A DNA stretch of 64,000 nucleotides from the human T2T-CHM13v2.0 reference genome, Homo sapiens: NCBI RefSeq assembly GCF_009914755.1, contig NC_060928.1; one strand, written 5' to 3'. The position numbers and the translations under genes were made by a program. The notes below the pieces were generated by a model. The model ran no database searches. It was not told where the DNA came from and saw only the letters and a program-made list of their open reading frames with translations. This document shows positions 30,528 to 45,100 of the stretch, in pieces (position 1 is the stretch's first letter; each line of letters opens with the position of its first letter).

Positions 30528-32390
30528 GTAAGAATTTAATTAGCAAGGTATCTTAAATAGTATATTTTTCTTATATATAATTTTGTACTTGCTTGGTCTT
30601 TCTAGTGACCAGTCCCCATTGTGAATAAAACCAAAAGTGACAAAATTTTAATTTTGATATTATTATTGTTAAAATGTTACCCAGTATTGTACTGAGTCTA
30701 AATATTCATTTGAAGTTTTATATATATATATAATACATTCAACACAGCTGTGAATATTTTACTTGGAATTAACCTAAATCAGTCATTTTTCCCTTATTTG
30801 TACTTTTAATCAATTCTTTATTTCTGTACATTTACTAAAAAACAACCTGAATGAACAAGGACATACAGCTAGAGGATGTGATGGTTTACTAATACTAAAC
30901 ATTTTCCCATCTGCTTGTAAAAATACCATTCTGATGCCACGGCTCCTTGGCAAAGGCTTTGAAACTGGCATAAAAGAAAAATGATAACCCTTTGAACCCC
31001 TGTTAGTTAATTGATTTGGCTGAATGAAAGGGTCTGAGAAATTAATGTTCACTTACAAAAGTATGATTAAAAAATCAAAAATTACCTGAATTGCTTGCTT
31101 TCCCCTCAAAAATAAGTATTTTAACATTTGGGAAACATACTTTTAGCTATCTAGTATCTCTGTTGATGTATGTGACTTCTGGCTGGCTAGATGGATGAAT
31201 GAAAGTGCTTTCTCAGGAACACGATAACTACTTTCACAAAACAAATTACATTTAATTTATCTGAAATTAATAGAAAAAAGAAATTGAAATTGAACAAATG
31301 AAATTGTGAAAATTTAAACAAATCTTTCTTCAGGAAATAATGTTTCTAAAGTTAAAAAGGATTGTGTAAAACATTGAAACATTGGGGCCATTATATTCTA
31401 AATACATTTTAAATGGGATCTATTATTTACCTTTCAAAGAAAGATAAAAATAAATGTTCATATGCTTCTTCCCCAGCTTCTCTCTCAGCTCTTTGTACAC
31501 GTCCTCTGTTGTTCCTTCTGGTTGTACCAGGTTTACGTGGGGACAGTTTCATTGATTTGTCAAAGATTAGTATGAGGAGGGATCAATGACTGGTGCTTCT
31601 TCTGGATTTGTTGTACCAAGCACCTGCACTGCAACTTATCTGTTCTGTCCTTGCACTGGAAACAGATCCTGTTTTATAGTTGGTCATTAAGGCTGATAGT
31701 TAGGCAATAGAATTCATAGCTTTCTTTGTTTTGATCTGGTGAATACAACTTCTTTCTCTGTAACCTTTGTCTCCGGCAGTCTTCCTTAGTCTCAGGAATG
31801 CAATCTATAATAAATATGGCTGTATGCTGTGTGGTTCCTCCTCTTACCTCTCTGCATTATGTAACCAAATGTCATTAGTGATATTCCTCCACTTCTTCCC
31901 TGGCCTGCACCCAAAGATTTCATCAGGATTGTGACACTTTCTTTTCAAACTAGATCTGAAGAAGATATGAGGAGTGTGTTTTTATTTTATTCTAAATTGC
32001 ACTCTAGATATTTTATACATTTTGTGATTTGTCATTTTTACCCTCTCCTTTATCATTGACTGAGGTTATCTTTTTTCTTGCTTTATTATTATTAGTCATC
32101 TTTGAAAGTTTCAAGCCATAAGACATTGAGACTTTTTATTGTGTATCTAAAATATAAAACATTGAGACAGTGCATGCTTATTTTGACATAGAAATAACAG
32201 AAAAGAAAAAAGACTACCTTTGTTTTCCCTCTCTTAGGTTTAGAGGATAGAATGTTTAATATTTGAACAGTCTGAGATATGTGCCTTCCAGAAGAGACCA
32301 TTGTTTTTCAATAACCCAATCTTCCAGTTGTTAAACCAAGTGAAACCATCTATACCCAAGTCAGCATGTGTTATTTTTCTGTTCCACCCA

Positions 32391-32825
32391 TATATTAGTT
32401 TATTAGGGCTGATGTAAGAAAACTATCACAAACAGGACAGCTTAGAACAGCATAAATTTTATTATCTCACAGTTCTTGAGGGCAGAAGTATAAAATAAGG
32501 TGTCAAGAGGGCCATGCTCCCCCTGAAGGCCCAAAGAAAGGATCTGTTCCAGGCCTGTCTCCTGGCTTCCTGTTCCTTGGCTTGTGGCAGTATAACTGCA
32601 GTCTTCACATGGCACGTGGCATCCCTGCTGTGTGTATGCATGTCTCTGTGACAAAATTTTCCCTTTTATAAAGACATAGTCATATTGGATTAAGCTCTAC
32701 CCTAAGGGCCTCATCTTAGTTTGATCATCTGCGAAGGCCCTAATTCCAAATAAGATCACATTTGCAGGTACTGGGGCTTAGGACTTTAACACCTTTTTTG
32801 AGAGAGCACAGTTCAACCCATAACA
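32391..32825 (-). mobile_element. MLT1B/C-like MaLR solo LTR
   Basis: Typical termini; perfect 5-bp TSD accca (32386-32390 / 32826-32830). Confidence 0.85.
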
Positions 32826-33636
32826 ACCCAATACAGACTTGTTAACCTCATTTATTCTGTAGGATTTATTTAGCAATTAATGTGCACAAAACATTATAAA
32901 AGATACAGTCCTGATAAGTATTTTCCTTTTGCATATACATGAGGGAATGGATCATGAAGGAATCACTACCTTTTAATTCTAACACTACATTCTGGATTGT
33001 GAGTTTGAAACTGTTAGCATTAATACCAGTATAGCTAGGCTTCTTACTTTTCATGAGTTGTTAACCTTATCTTCTTGATGACTTACTGGCACCACAGATG
33101 GTTCTATACCTACGTTACAACATAGGATTTCTCTCCTCCAGGTTCTTGCAGGAACCTATGACCTCAATATCTCTGTTGTCTAGTCCTTCTCAGAAGAAAA
33201 AATAAATATTCATGAGAACTAGCCACGATAATGTAGTTCATCATTTTAAATCAGTAATTTTTAAACTGTGCTTTCTATGTTTGTATACTTATGTGTGTGT
33301 ATTGAGGGTAGGAGGGCTTCATAGATGATCCAGCTGAGCTTTAAGCCTTCTTCTCCCTTTCAGCCTGAAAAGCACCATGTTATCCTGTATTATTTACTGG
33401 ATTTTCTTGTAAACATTCTCATATGAACAGAAGATTCCAGGGCAAAAAAATTGGAAAACTGCTTTAGCTATCTCAAATTGTATTCTCAGGCCAAGTTCAT
33501 CGGAGAACCTTTTTAAAAATCTTTATTACAATCATGTTTAAATTGAATTGATTTTGGTATTACTCCATGAATGTGCCTTAATAAAATTTGCCTTGTTTTA
33601 TTTTAGGAATGTTGTTGATGACACTCTCTATATAAC

Positions 33637-34456
33637 TGTTACTTAGTGGAAAAAACAGACTCAGTTTCTCCTACTGTACTCTCACAGCACAGTTCTGACA
33701 CTAGATGTGTGAGAGGCTTTCTCCACACATGAAGCAAGCGGTCACCTCTACAGCAGACACTCGCTGAGCGTCCTCCAATTCAATTCTGACACTACCTGGA
33801 GATAGAGTCACAACACACACACTGAGGGATCAGGCCCCATTACTGTCCTCTCTTCTGATGACAGTTGTTAAGCCCCAGCTTATTTTGCCTGTGTTTCTGA
33901 ATGACTGGCTATAAATCGAGGTTCCCGCGGCCCCCTCCTTGCATTTGATTAGTTTGCTAGAGTAGCTCACAAAACTCAGGGAAACACTTTCTTACCTTAT
34001 TATAAAGAATATTACAAGGATACAAATGAAAAGATGAAAAGGGCAAGGCATATGGGAAAGGACATGGGGCTTCCGTGCTGTCTCCAGGCATGCCACCCTC
34101 CAGGAGCCTCCGTGTGCTCAGCTCTCTGGAAACTCCCAAATTCTGCTTCTTTTGGGTTTTTATAGAAGCTTTATTATATAGGCATATTGATTAAAACATT
34201 GGCCCTTGGCGATCAGCCTAACCTTCAGTCCCTCTTCCCTCCCTGGACATTGGGGGATGAGGCTGAAGGTCCCAACTCTCTAATCAAGCCTTGGTCTTTC
34301 AGTGACCAGTCCCCATTGTGAAGCCACCTAGTGGCCACCAGCTACCTAGTCAACTCATTAGCATACAAAAAGACACTGTAGAGATTCCAAGGATTTTAGG
34401 AGTTGTAATGCCAGGAAACAGGGATGAAAACCAAACATATATTTTACGATATCATA
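33637..34456 (-). mobile_element. MER21-family LTR
   Basis: Body matches recalled MER21 motifs (ctagagtagctcacaaaactcagggaaacac). Confidence 0.8.
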
Positions 34457-35515
34457 GTCTCCCCTTTAAAAACACACAGGAGACATTTATTTCTGGTCTC
34501 AATTCTGTAATTATGGGATTGCAGCAAGAGTTGTATTATCTTTCAATTGTGCTTTTTAAAGAAGAAACACACTTCCTTTACGATACTTATGACTAATTGG
34601 TACTTTCTGTTAAGGCCGCAGTCTCTCTAACTAGATGCTTCACTGCCTCTCTTGAGAATGAGAGGACTTGCCCAGTGGAGTTCCCATGTGGTATCTCAGC
34701 AGAATTTTTTTTTCCATATTTCCAGTTGTGTACATAAATTACAAAGAACAAGAAGTTTGTTTGATGATCCTTTGCTTTATTTAATTAGTCTTGTTTTAAC
34801 TCCCTATCTTTCTGGCTTCCCTATTTATACTACTGGTTGGGTGTGAATTATAATTATGGCAAATGGTAAGACGAATGAGAAAGGAATAATAGTAAATACT
34901 AAGATGCTGTTTAAAATGTGCACCACTATTCTAAACATTTTAATCAAATTCATTTAATCGGTTTTAAAACTCTGTGAGATAAGTATTGTTATCTTCTCCA
35001 TTATTAAAAAAAGAAAAAAACCACAAGACTGAGGCACAGGGAGATTAAGTATCTTGTCTGAGGCAGCAAAGCTAGTAAGAAGCAGAACAGGATCGGAACC
35101 AGGCAGTCAGCCAGCTCTAACATTTATCCTTTTAAATCACTATATGATATTCTTCATTTCAATAAGCACTTTCCCTATTTCTATGCTGCTGTAACCCAGT
35201 GAAATTTGTAATTGTTGACAAGATCAGAGTATGTTATTTATCTGTATATTTTCTTACTGCTTTTCGGTAACAAATGGGAGACACATTCAAGGCACTGGAA
35301 ATTGCCAAAACAGAGCATTGAGCCTGACCTTCATCATTAGGACAAACAGATCTTTCTGCATTCACATGTCAGTTACGCCTTCTGCATATAAGCACCACAT
35401 TTGTATTTTCAATACCCTCAGAGATAGATATTGTACAAGGAAAAAGTTAGCATCATCTAAATTATTGATCTTTTCTGCAAGTTTTTTGGAAATAATTATC
35501 TCTGTATTTTAACAG

Positions 35516-35767
35516 GTAATAAAAATCAGAAACATGTTTTGAGACCAGAATCTCTTGAAGGGACAGATGAAGAGGATCCAGTTACGGCCTTGGAATGGGA
35601 CCCACTATCTACTGATTATCTTCTAGTGGTTAATTTGCATTATGGAATTCGCCTGGTAGATTCTGAATCACTTTCTTGCATAACAACATTTAATCTTCCC
35701 AGTGCAGCAGCTTCTGTACAGTGCTTAGCCTGGGTTCCCAGTGCTCCTGGGATGTTTATAACTGGAG
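35516..35767 (+). CDS. WDR17: WDR17 coding exon 5 (GNKNQKHVL...MFITG)
   Basis: aacag| and GAG|GTAAGC; 252 nt, phase 1-1. Confidence 0.97.
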
Positions 35768-36146
35768 GTAAGCTAATCCCCATAACCCAGAGTTTTAAAT
35801 ACGTGTATATATTCTTTCGTTGAATTTAGGAAATTGTCCTTTATAGGTTGATTTTGTGTAAAATGTATTAATAGCTCAATTATTATTTATTGTAGTAAAT
35901 TACTAGTGTACTTTTATTTATATTGTATGTCATTAATGATAAAATGAAATGACAAATAAAAATGAAAAATAAGGTCCACTCTGCCAGGTTTCTGGAAATA
36001 CCTTGGAATATATTATATATGTGCACACGTGAGCATGTCTGTGTATGTGCAAAAGACAAAGACAGTTCCATTTCAGGCATAGTAGGATGACAGTGAAGGT
36101 ACTGAGCATAAAAACAATTACCTGATGGGAGCTTTATTAGCCTCAC

Positions 36147-36592
36147 TGTCTTAGTCCATTTTATGTTGCTGTAACTGAATACCACAGAATATTCTGCTAT
36201 AACAGAATACCACAAGCTGAGTAATCTATAAACCATAAAAGGTTTATAGTTTATAGTAATCTAAACTATAAACTAGTTTAGATTAGTTTAAGGCTAATGT
36301 AAGGAGGCTGGGATGCCCAGGAGCATGGCACAGGCATCTGATGAGGAACTTTGTGCTGCTGAAAGCAGGAGAGGACAAGAGCATGAAAGCAAGGGGAGAC
36401 CTAGCTGGCTTTTATAACAAAGCCACTCTCACAATAAATAACCCACTCCTACACTGTCTATATTAATCCATTCATAAGAGTAGAGCCTACATGACCTAAC
36501 TGCCTCTGATTAGACCCTATCTCCTAACAATGTTGCATTGGGGATAAAGTTTATAACACAAGAATTTTGTGGGAGGCATTCAAACTATAGCA
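36147..36592 (-). mobile_element. MST-family MaLR solo LTR
   Basis: tgtcttagtcc...aaactatagca termini; perfect TSD ctcac (36142-36146 / 36593-36597). Confidence 0.85.
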
Positions 36593-36904
36593 CTCACTGA
36601 TCCGTAGGTTGAATGGATACTCCTTCATGCTTTCCTAGTCAAGAGGTCATGAGAGAATTAGCAAAGCTAAGTAGTGATAGGGGATGGGAAGATGGGGGAA
36701 TTGAGGAATAATTAGAAACTAAATGACTCTTTACTTTTACCATTTGATTGTGTTCAGAGAGAGAGAGACCTCTGAAAGAACAGAATGTTTTTGGCTACTG
36801 TATAAATTCTTCCCATATTTGCTTAGCGTAAAATAATAGGCAAAGACTCTTTATCCTCTCAAAATTTTAAAATAAATTATTCACTTCTTTAATACTTAAC
36901 ATAA

Positions 36905-37624
36905 TAGTGACGCCACCCTGTATCTGTGGGTTCTGCATCCGTGGATTGAACCAACTATGAATGATAAATGTTAGGGGAAAAAAATTCCACAAAATTTCAA
37001 GAAGCAAAACCTGACTTTGCAGTGTGACAAGTACTACGTTGAACCCATGTGAATAATGTGATGTGTAGGCTTTGGATTAGGTATAATAAGTGATGTGGCT
37101 TGACTGTGTCTCCACCAAAAATCTCATCTTGAATTGTCATTGCCATGATCCCCAACTGTCAAGGCCGGACCCAGCTGGAGCTAATGGGATCATGGGGGCC
37201 ACAGTTTACCCTATGCTGTTCTCATGATAATGAGTGAGATCTCACGAGATCTGATGGTTTTATAAGTGTCTGGCATTTCTCCTGTTTGCCCTCACTCCAT
37301 TCCACTGCCCTGTGAAGAAGGTGCCTGCTTCTACTTTGCCTTCCACCATGATTGTAAGTTTCCTGAGGCCTCCTCAGCCATGCAGAACTGTGAGTCAATT
37401 AAACCTCTTTTCTTTATAAATTACCCAGTCTTGGGTATGTCTTTATAGCAGTGTGAGAACAGACTAATACAATAATCTGGAAATGATTTAAAGTATACGA
37501 GAAAATATGCATAGGTTATATGCAAATAATATGCCACTTTATGTAAGAGACTTGAGCATTCCTGGATTTTGTTATCCGTGGGAGGTCCTGGAACCAATCT
37601 CCCATGGATAACAAGGGGCAACTG
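36905..37624. mobile_element. MER2-family Tigger MITE interrupted by an LTR
   Basis: gtatctgtgggttctgcatccgtggatt ... ggataacaaggggcaactg. Confidence 0.8.
37091..37471 (+). mobile_element. THE1D/MSTA-like solo LTR
   Basis: tgatgtgg...agactaataca termini; THE1-type body. Confidence 0.85.
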
Positions 37625-37706
37625 CACATGAAAGTAGATGGATTCTTAATTTATATATCTTAATTGCCTTTAACTTTTCAGGATATAATTAATAATAGGC
37701 ATGGAA

Positions 37707-38660
<954 letters not shown>

Positions 38661-39150
38661 AATTAAGATGGGAATTTTGGAAGAAAGGAGACTGTAATTG
38701 GTCTTCAGGTATATTTGACAATCCTTAATGGCTAAAAGTGGACAGTGGAGCAGTTTATAAACATTTCAAAGGTGGAAAGATTGATTATTTAAGGTTAGAA
38801 ATGGAGAGTTTTCTGTGGCTGGCCATTTCCTGGAACAAGCATGTGTCAATAGGGTCTTTTTTTGTGGTTGAGTTATTATAATGGTCTTTATTGGAGGAAG
38901 CTGCCAAAACAGGCCGTTTCTAACCCTATAAAAGGTTTTGGAGCAAAAAAATAGTAAAACATGCCAAAAATTTAAAGGTTAAATAGTATTTCAGTTGTTA
39001 GGTTGTATTACTGTATGGTATTGTTGTTAAAAGGATGTCAGTAATTAGTCCTAAAATATTTCCAGTTGAAATTTTGTTATACTTTTATGTCTAGGCATTT
39101 TAGTTTCATACAAAATTTGTTAAAATGTGCTTTTTCCCTGACCTGACTAG

Positions 39151-39273
39151 ATTCTCAAGTGGGTGTTTTACGCATTTGGAATGTTTCAAGAACAACACCT
39201 ATTGATAATCTTAAATTAAAGAAAACAGGATTTCACTGCTTACATGTACTTAATTCTCCTCCAAGAAAAAAGT
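39151..39273 (+). CDS. WDR17: WDR17 coding exon 6 (DSQVGVLRIWN...PPRKK)
   Basis: gactag| and T|GTAAGT; 123 nt, phase 1-1. Confidence 0.96.
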
Positions 39274-40865
39274 GTAAGTAAAAATGTTATCAAAATTTTA
39301 ATTTTTAAAAAATATTGTATTTTCTGGTATAGTGAGATATCAAATACTATATGCCACTGAAAAGCAATTTTTAAAAAAGGCTTTGACAATATATGTGCTC
39401 AAGGATCCATCAAAGCTACACAAGATCTACTGTTACTAAATTGAAAATATTTAGAGTCAAGTTACATTTTTTAATGCTACTAAGTAAGAATATTTAGATA
39501 ATTTCAGATTATCTACATGGAAAAGATGAATCAATGATACTGATGAAAATAAGTTAGAAATATTAAGAGTGATAGGATTAAATAAGATTATCTGAACTGG
39601 GAGAATTTATGTTTTAAACATGGCTCATTTAAAATCTGTACAGTTTACAACGAAGTTAAAACAACCTAAATATTCAAATTATAGGATCTAGAATACATAT
39701 TACATATTTGAATACCAGTTGTCACTAGGTTAGTAGTTAGTATTATGGATCTTCTGTATCTTCTTTATTTCTGTGTATATTTTCTGTATCATTCGTTGCC
39801 TCTGTAATTAAGAAAAAATAAAATACACTTAATTTATAAAAAGGAAAAATCTGGAAATTTGGGGGAGGTTTAGAATTAGAATTTTTTTCAAATATAAGGG
39901 AAAAGTAATAGACTTCCAGTTAAGTCTATCATGATTACTCTGCATGGTTGGTAGTGTTCCCATTCTGTATAACACATCATTAAAAGCATGGGGAAGGGAA
40001 TTCAGTGATGAAAAGTTTAGAGTGATTGTTTTCTTCTTACTCTACCTTTATAATATACCAAGTAATTAGCAATGGCTATTCAAAGTAATGTTATTTTGGT
40101 GTCTAATTGGTAGGCAATGGCAAGTAGTAGAAAATCTCTATATTTGAACCTATACCCCTTGTACAAAATTGTGAAGTCCCTAATAAATGTAGAACCTGGA
40201 AACTGGAGGGTCTAGAAATATTAGGACTAGAGAAGTAATATGCTGGATGCTGGCTTACTGTTTAGGGATGTTGGAATTTTTTTGTCATTGTTAGTTCCTT
40301 TATTTGTTTAGAAGCTTTGAACTGCCATGTCATGGAATGTCTGAAATACCAGATTCTTTTCTTTCATTTTTTTTTCTTACTATAAAAGTAGCCCATGTCC
40401 ATTAGACAAAGTCAGAAAATACAAAGAATAACATACCAGTCTTGTCATTTTCGAGCAATTCCTTTCAGATTACCTCTTCTTTGACTTCTAGGTTTTCCCT
40501 TCAATTTAATATAACAGAAAGTATGGAAAAAGAACAATTGTGAAAATGAAATTTTTAAAAATAAACGTACTCGCTGAATTCTGAAAAGCATGATTTACAA
40601 ATAGATTGGTGCATAAAAGTTGTCTAACCCACCTATAATGTCAATTAAAGTGTTAGAAAAACCAATGATGGATTATATTAATTTTTAAACAAAATATCAA
40701 TGAAATTTTAGTGAACCAAATTCATTGCTACCAAATGCCTCTTTTGTCATTTGTAGTTCATTCTAGTTTGGACTTTCTGTAACTCTCAGATTCTGAGAAA
40801 TGAATATTATCCATAATAAATGAACTAAGAAAAATTGTATTTTAATTTTAAAAATACTGAGAAAT

Positions 40866-41163
40866 GGCCGGGCGCAGTGGCTCATGCCTGTAATCCCAGC
40901 ACTTCGGGAGGCCAAGGCGGGCAGATCACAAGATCAGGAGATCGAGACCATCCTGGCTAACACAGTGAAACCCTGTCTCTACTAAAAATACAAAAAAATT
41001 AGCCGGGCGTGGTGGCGGGAGCCTGTAGTCCCAGCTACTGGGGAGGCTGAGGCAAGAGAATGGCGTCAACCTGGGAGGCGGAGCTTGCAGTGAGCCGAGA
41101 TCATGCCACAGCACTCCAGCCCGGGCAACAGAGCGAGACTCCGTCTCAAAAAAAAAAAAAAAA
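40866..41163 (+). mobile_element. AluY element
   Basis: Y-type diagnostics, pure A-tail, ~16-bp TSD aaaaatactgagaaat. Confidence 0.97.
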
Positions 41164-41956
41164 ATACTGAGAAATATTTTCCATATTCCAGTGTATAATT
41201 AATAATCGATTGGTCTTATAATTTACCGTAGTGTCATTATTTTGGATTATGTTTGCAAGAAAATATTTGGATTCACATTCTAAGGAAGAGCTTTTTGGAA
41301 GAAGACAAAATATGGAATAAATAATATACAAAAATAAGCACAGTGATATTTATGTAATTGAAAGTAGGAGAAATCCAAGTCTATAAACAGTAAAAAGAAA
41401 AAACAAACAAAAAAACATCTAGGAAGAAAGAAAATTGAGATGCCAGTGCAGGTCAGATAGTGTTGTGATTCTTAATTTATGATAAATTAAAATGAATTAT
41501 GCATAATCTCAAAAAAATTATTTTCACTGGCTTGGAAATTGTTGGCAGAGAGTTATTTATATTAAAAGAAAAAATTGTATGCATATATGTTTGTGTGTGT
41601 GGAAGGAGGGAATAAGCTATTATGTCAGTATTTTGAAGGAAGTTTATAATTCAGAAATAATCATGCTGAGCTTTAATTTATAGGGTGATAAGAAACCACA
41701 TATTCACAACAGATTGTGATTCCTCAACACACTAATTTTCATCTATTTGCTCCATCTGTACTTTAAAATAATATCCAATTTTGTGCTTATATTACATTTT
41801 TTGGCAATCCCAAAGAACTGCTTATGTGGGAGAAAATATGATCATTGCCTAAATGGTTTACTGGTACAGATTCTGGATTTTTTTTTTAATGAAGAATCTT
41901 TCTAAATTAAGCTCTGTGGTTTCATTCCAATAGGATTTTTTTTCTTCTATTTTTAG

Positions 41957-42141
41957 TTTCAGTCCAATCTCCAACCAAAAATCATTATACATCCTCAACA
42001 AGCGAAGCAGTTCCACCCCCAACTTTAACACAGAATCAAGCATTTTCTCTTCCTCCTGGTCATGCAGTGTGTTGTTTCTTGGATGGTGGAGTTGGACTTT
42101 ATGATATGGGAGCTAAGAAGTGGGATTTTCTTAGAGACTTG
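41957..42141 (+). CDS. WDR17: WDR17 coding exon 7 (FSVQSPTK...FLRDL)
   Basis: ttttag| and TTG|GTATGT; 185 nt, phase 1-0. Confidence 0.96.
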
Positions 42142-45100
42142 GTATGTATGTAGTCATTCCTTTATTATACATAATACTTTTTTGTGTAAACCCATGATCT
42201 TTACTTTTACCTGTCTGAATATTATTTGAAATTATTTTTGTAAGTAATAATATATTAGAAATTTATTGTAGCTGGTTGAAACATTTTAGAAAATGCATAG
42301 AATGATGATAAAACTACTAAAATAACTTTTAACCACTATACTTTAAAAGTCTTAATGTCTACTTATATTTTATGTACAATGGAAAATTACATAGCTGTAG
42401 AATATTTTGGAAGCAAAATGAGAATAGAATGTCCTTTCAAGAGAAAGGACAAGTTGATCTCTGCCAGTTCCTCAAAGCCTTATTGTTCCCATTTGTTAAT
42501 TGAGTAACGTTGGATTATGTTTTCTAAGATTTGTTTCTATTGTTGAATCGCTATGATACTTAAGTGATTCTATGAATTCTGTTTTTATGATAATTAAGCC
42601 CCTATATAAGATAGAATACAACCTCCTTGAGATCCCACATTTTTGTCTGGTTGTGTTCTGTGGTACAGCCCCACTACCTAATATAGTATCTGCCACATAG
42701 CAAGACTATTAAATTTTGTTGAATGAATGAATGAAGACATGCAATAATACATACTGTGTTGTAATTAATATTTGTCAAAAACAATCCTCTTTATTTTTCC
42801 CTACTTTAGAGTTTCTAAAAATGTCCCTGTCTTTTTCCACTGGTTTGAATTAGACTAATCTGGACATTTAAGAAACCTTTAAATGCTAATTATTTTCCTT
42901 TGATCTTAGAAAAAGAATCTAGAGATGTAATTGTCCTTGTAACTGAAGGGAGAGAAAGAATCAATAATATTGTATCTTTTCAAGACTGCTCATTTAATTT
43001 TATCCTCAAATGAAAAAATGATTTATAGCAAAAATATTTTTAAAATAATCTGTAGCTTAATTATTTTTGAATTTTCCTTTTGTAGATATTCATTTGAAGA
43101 TGATTTAATTTTCTTTTCACTTTAACTTTTCTTTTTATATAAACTCTTTCCTAGTGTGGTAAACTTTTTGTATACTTCAAATTACCATTTGTTTTCAAAC
43201 AAATTTATGAAAGGGAAGGGAGAAAAACATAAGAATACACTTAAATCTATAAAAAAAAATTAGTAAGAACAGCAGGATATACTGTTTCCTACACTTGTTT
43301 CACTAGACCAACCAGAATGACTTCTGTAGAATTTTGCTGATATGTCCTGAGTTGCTTTACATCAGCACTGGGTTGAGTCACTAAATCTGGCAGTGGGTCT
43401 TCAACAAGACAATTCTTCATTTCTGAATAAAACTGTGCTTAGCTCACCAATTCCTAAAATCAGTTCAGGAGACAATTACATTGCAGCAACTCAAAAGAAA
43501 AAAGAAAAAATATACTAACATGAATCACACATGCCCCAAGTGCCATATATACCATTCGAAGAAAAAAAACACAATTTTTTTTTTTTTTTTTTTTACCACT
43601 TCACTATTTAATTACAAGCAAAGTCCTCTGTGGTTCTCCTTGGTCTCCTCTCTCTAAAAAAAAAAAAAAAAAAGAAGAAGAAAAGAGAAAGGAAAATCAC
43701 TTCCACCATTAACTCCTAATCTAAAAAGTAAATTCTGCCTTAAATAAAAATCTGGGTCTTTCTACTAAGCTAAAAAAAAAAAAAAAAGTTGTGTTAGTAC
43801 AAGAGAAGTCATGCAATCTAAATTCAATAAATTTTCTATGACACTTCGTATTAAAGTATGTTTTACTTAAAATCTATGTTAATTTATAATTCTAATAAAT
43901 GCTGAATACTAAATACTAAAAGCCGCTTGATTATAAATTATTTCAGTTGCTTTTCTCACTTTAAAATGTCTGCCAGTCAGAGGGAGGCAGTCATTTTTTC
44001 CTTATAGTTTCAATTTTCTTAACACAGATCCAAATTTGAAATTTCTCAAAGTGTTACCAGAAGAAACAACTCTGAACTGCTGTATGTATGAAGCATCTGC
44101 AAAGATTCCAGATTACATAGGATGAGAAAAATATTATTAATATTTTTTAAAATCTTACATAATTTTAAAAATCTTATTAATAAACATTCTAAAAGGTGTA
44201 CTTCCATATGAATATTTGCTCCATTAAAATTAAGAAAAATGCCACAAAATTTTCCTCGTCTTACTCACCTTCCTTTTGGTAAGAAGAAAACACAGAAGAA
44301 ACATTTACAATTTTGTTCTTGCTATGTGAATTTTCATATTTCAAAAAATAAAATTTTAAGGCATAGCAGTGAAATAACATTTAAAACTGCATGTAAGTCC
44401 CTGCCTTGATTATGTTCCTAACATTGGAAATGACCACATAGGACAGCTTCAGCCAGGTGAACCAGTGGTTCTAACAACATTTTTACTTCTTGCTAACCCT
44501 TGAGATTTTTCTTTCCTTTACCTCCACCTAAAGGAGAAACTTTACGAGTACTTTTGTAGTTTCCTAAGGGTTGTGATTTCTGGTATTAATGGAAGTACAC
44601 AGAGTTTTAAGGACTTTCTTCTCTACCCTTATTCTATTTGTTGAGGACTAGAAAACCCTGTCTTTGTACTTCAACTCCGTCTCTAGATCCCAAATGTTAG
44701 TTTCGTTTGCTTAAAGTAGAAATTTCGATTCCCATTCCCCAGCATTTAGAATAGTTGTAATTCCGGCTATTTATGTTGGACTCTTAACGGATTTTCCCAA
44801 AGGCCCACAGTAGTTAAGCACTACTTTACTGGTGTATGTTTACATGTATCTGCATATACCACTTTATAGTCTTGTGGGTGTTTGGGATCCAAATCATTGT
44901 GTAATGGGAACAAGTATTCAGGTTCCAAAGAATAGACTTGCTAGAAAATTTTGGAACAAGGCTCATTAACAATTGGGGTTATGCCTGATTCTTCTGTTTC
45001 TGCCAAAATTATGAGGTGCTTTTGGAGTACGTTATTAGTATAAAAAAGGAATATTTGCATTAAATGACTTTTAGTTTGAGTTTCATCTTGGTCTTCTATT

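Noticed and set aside
43374-43380. AP-1 motif TGAGTCA as an enhancer
   Set aside because: A single 7-mer is expected by chance in 64 kb; no supporting evidence
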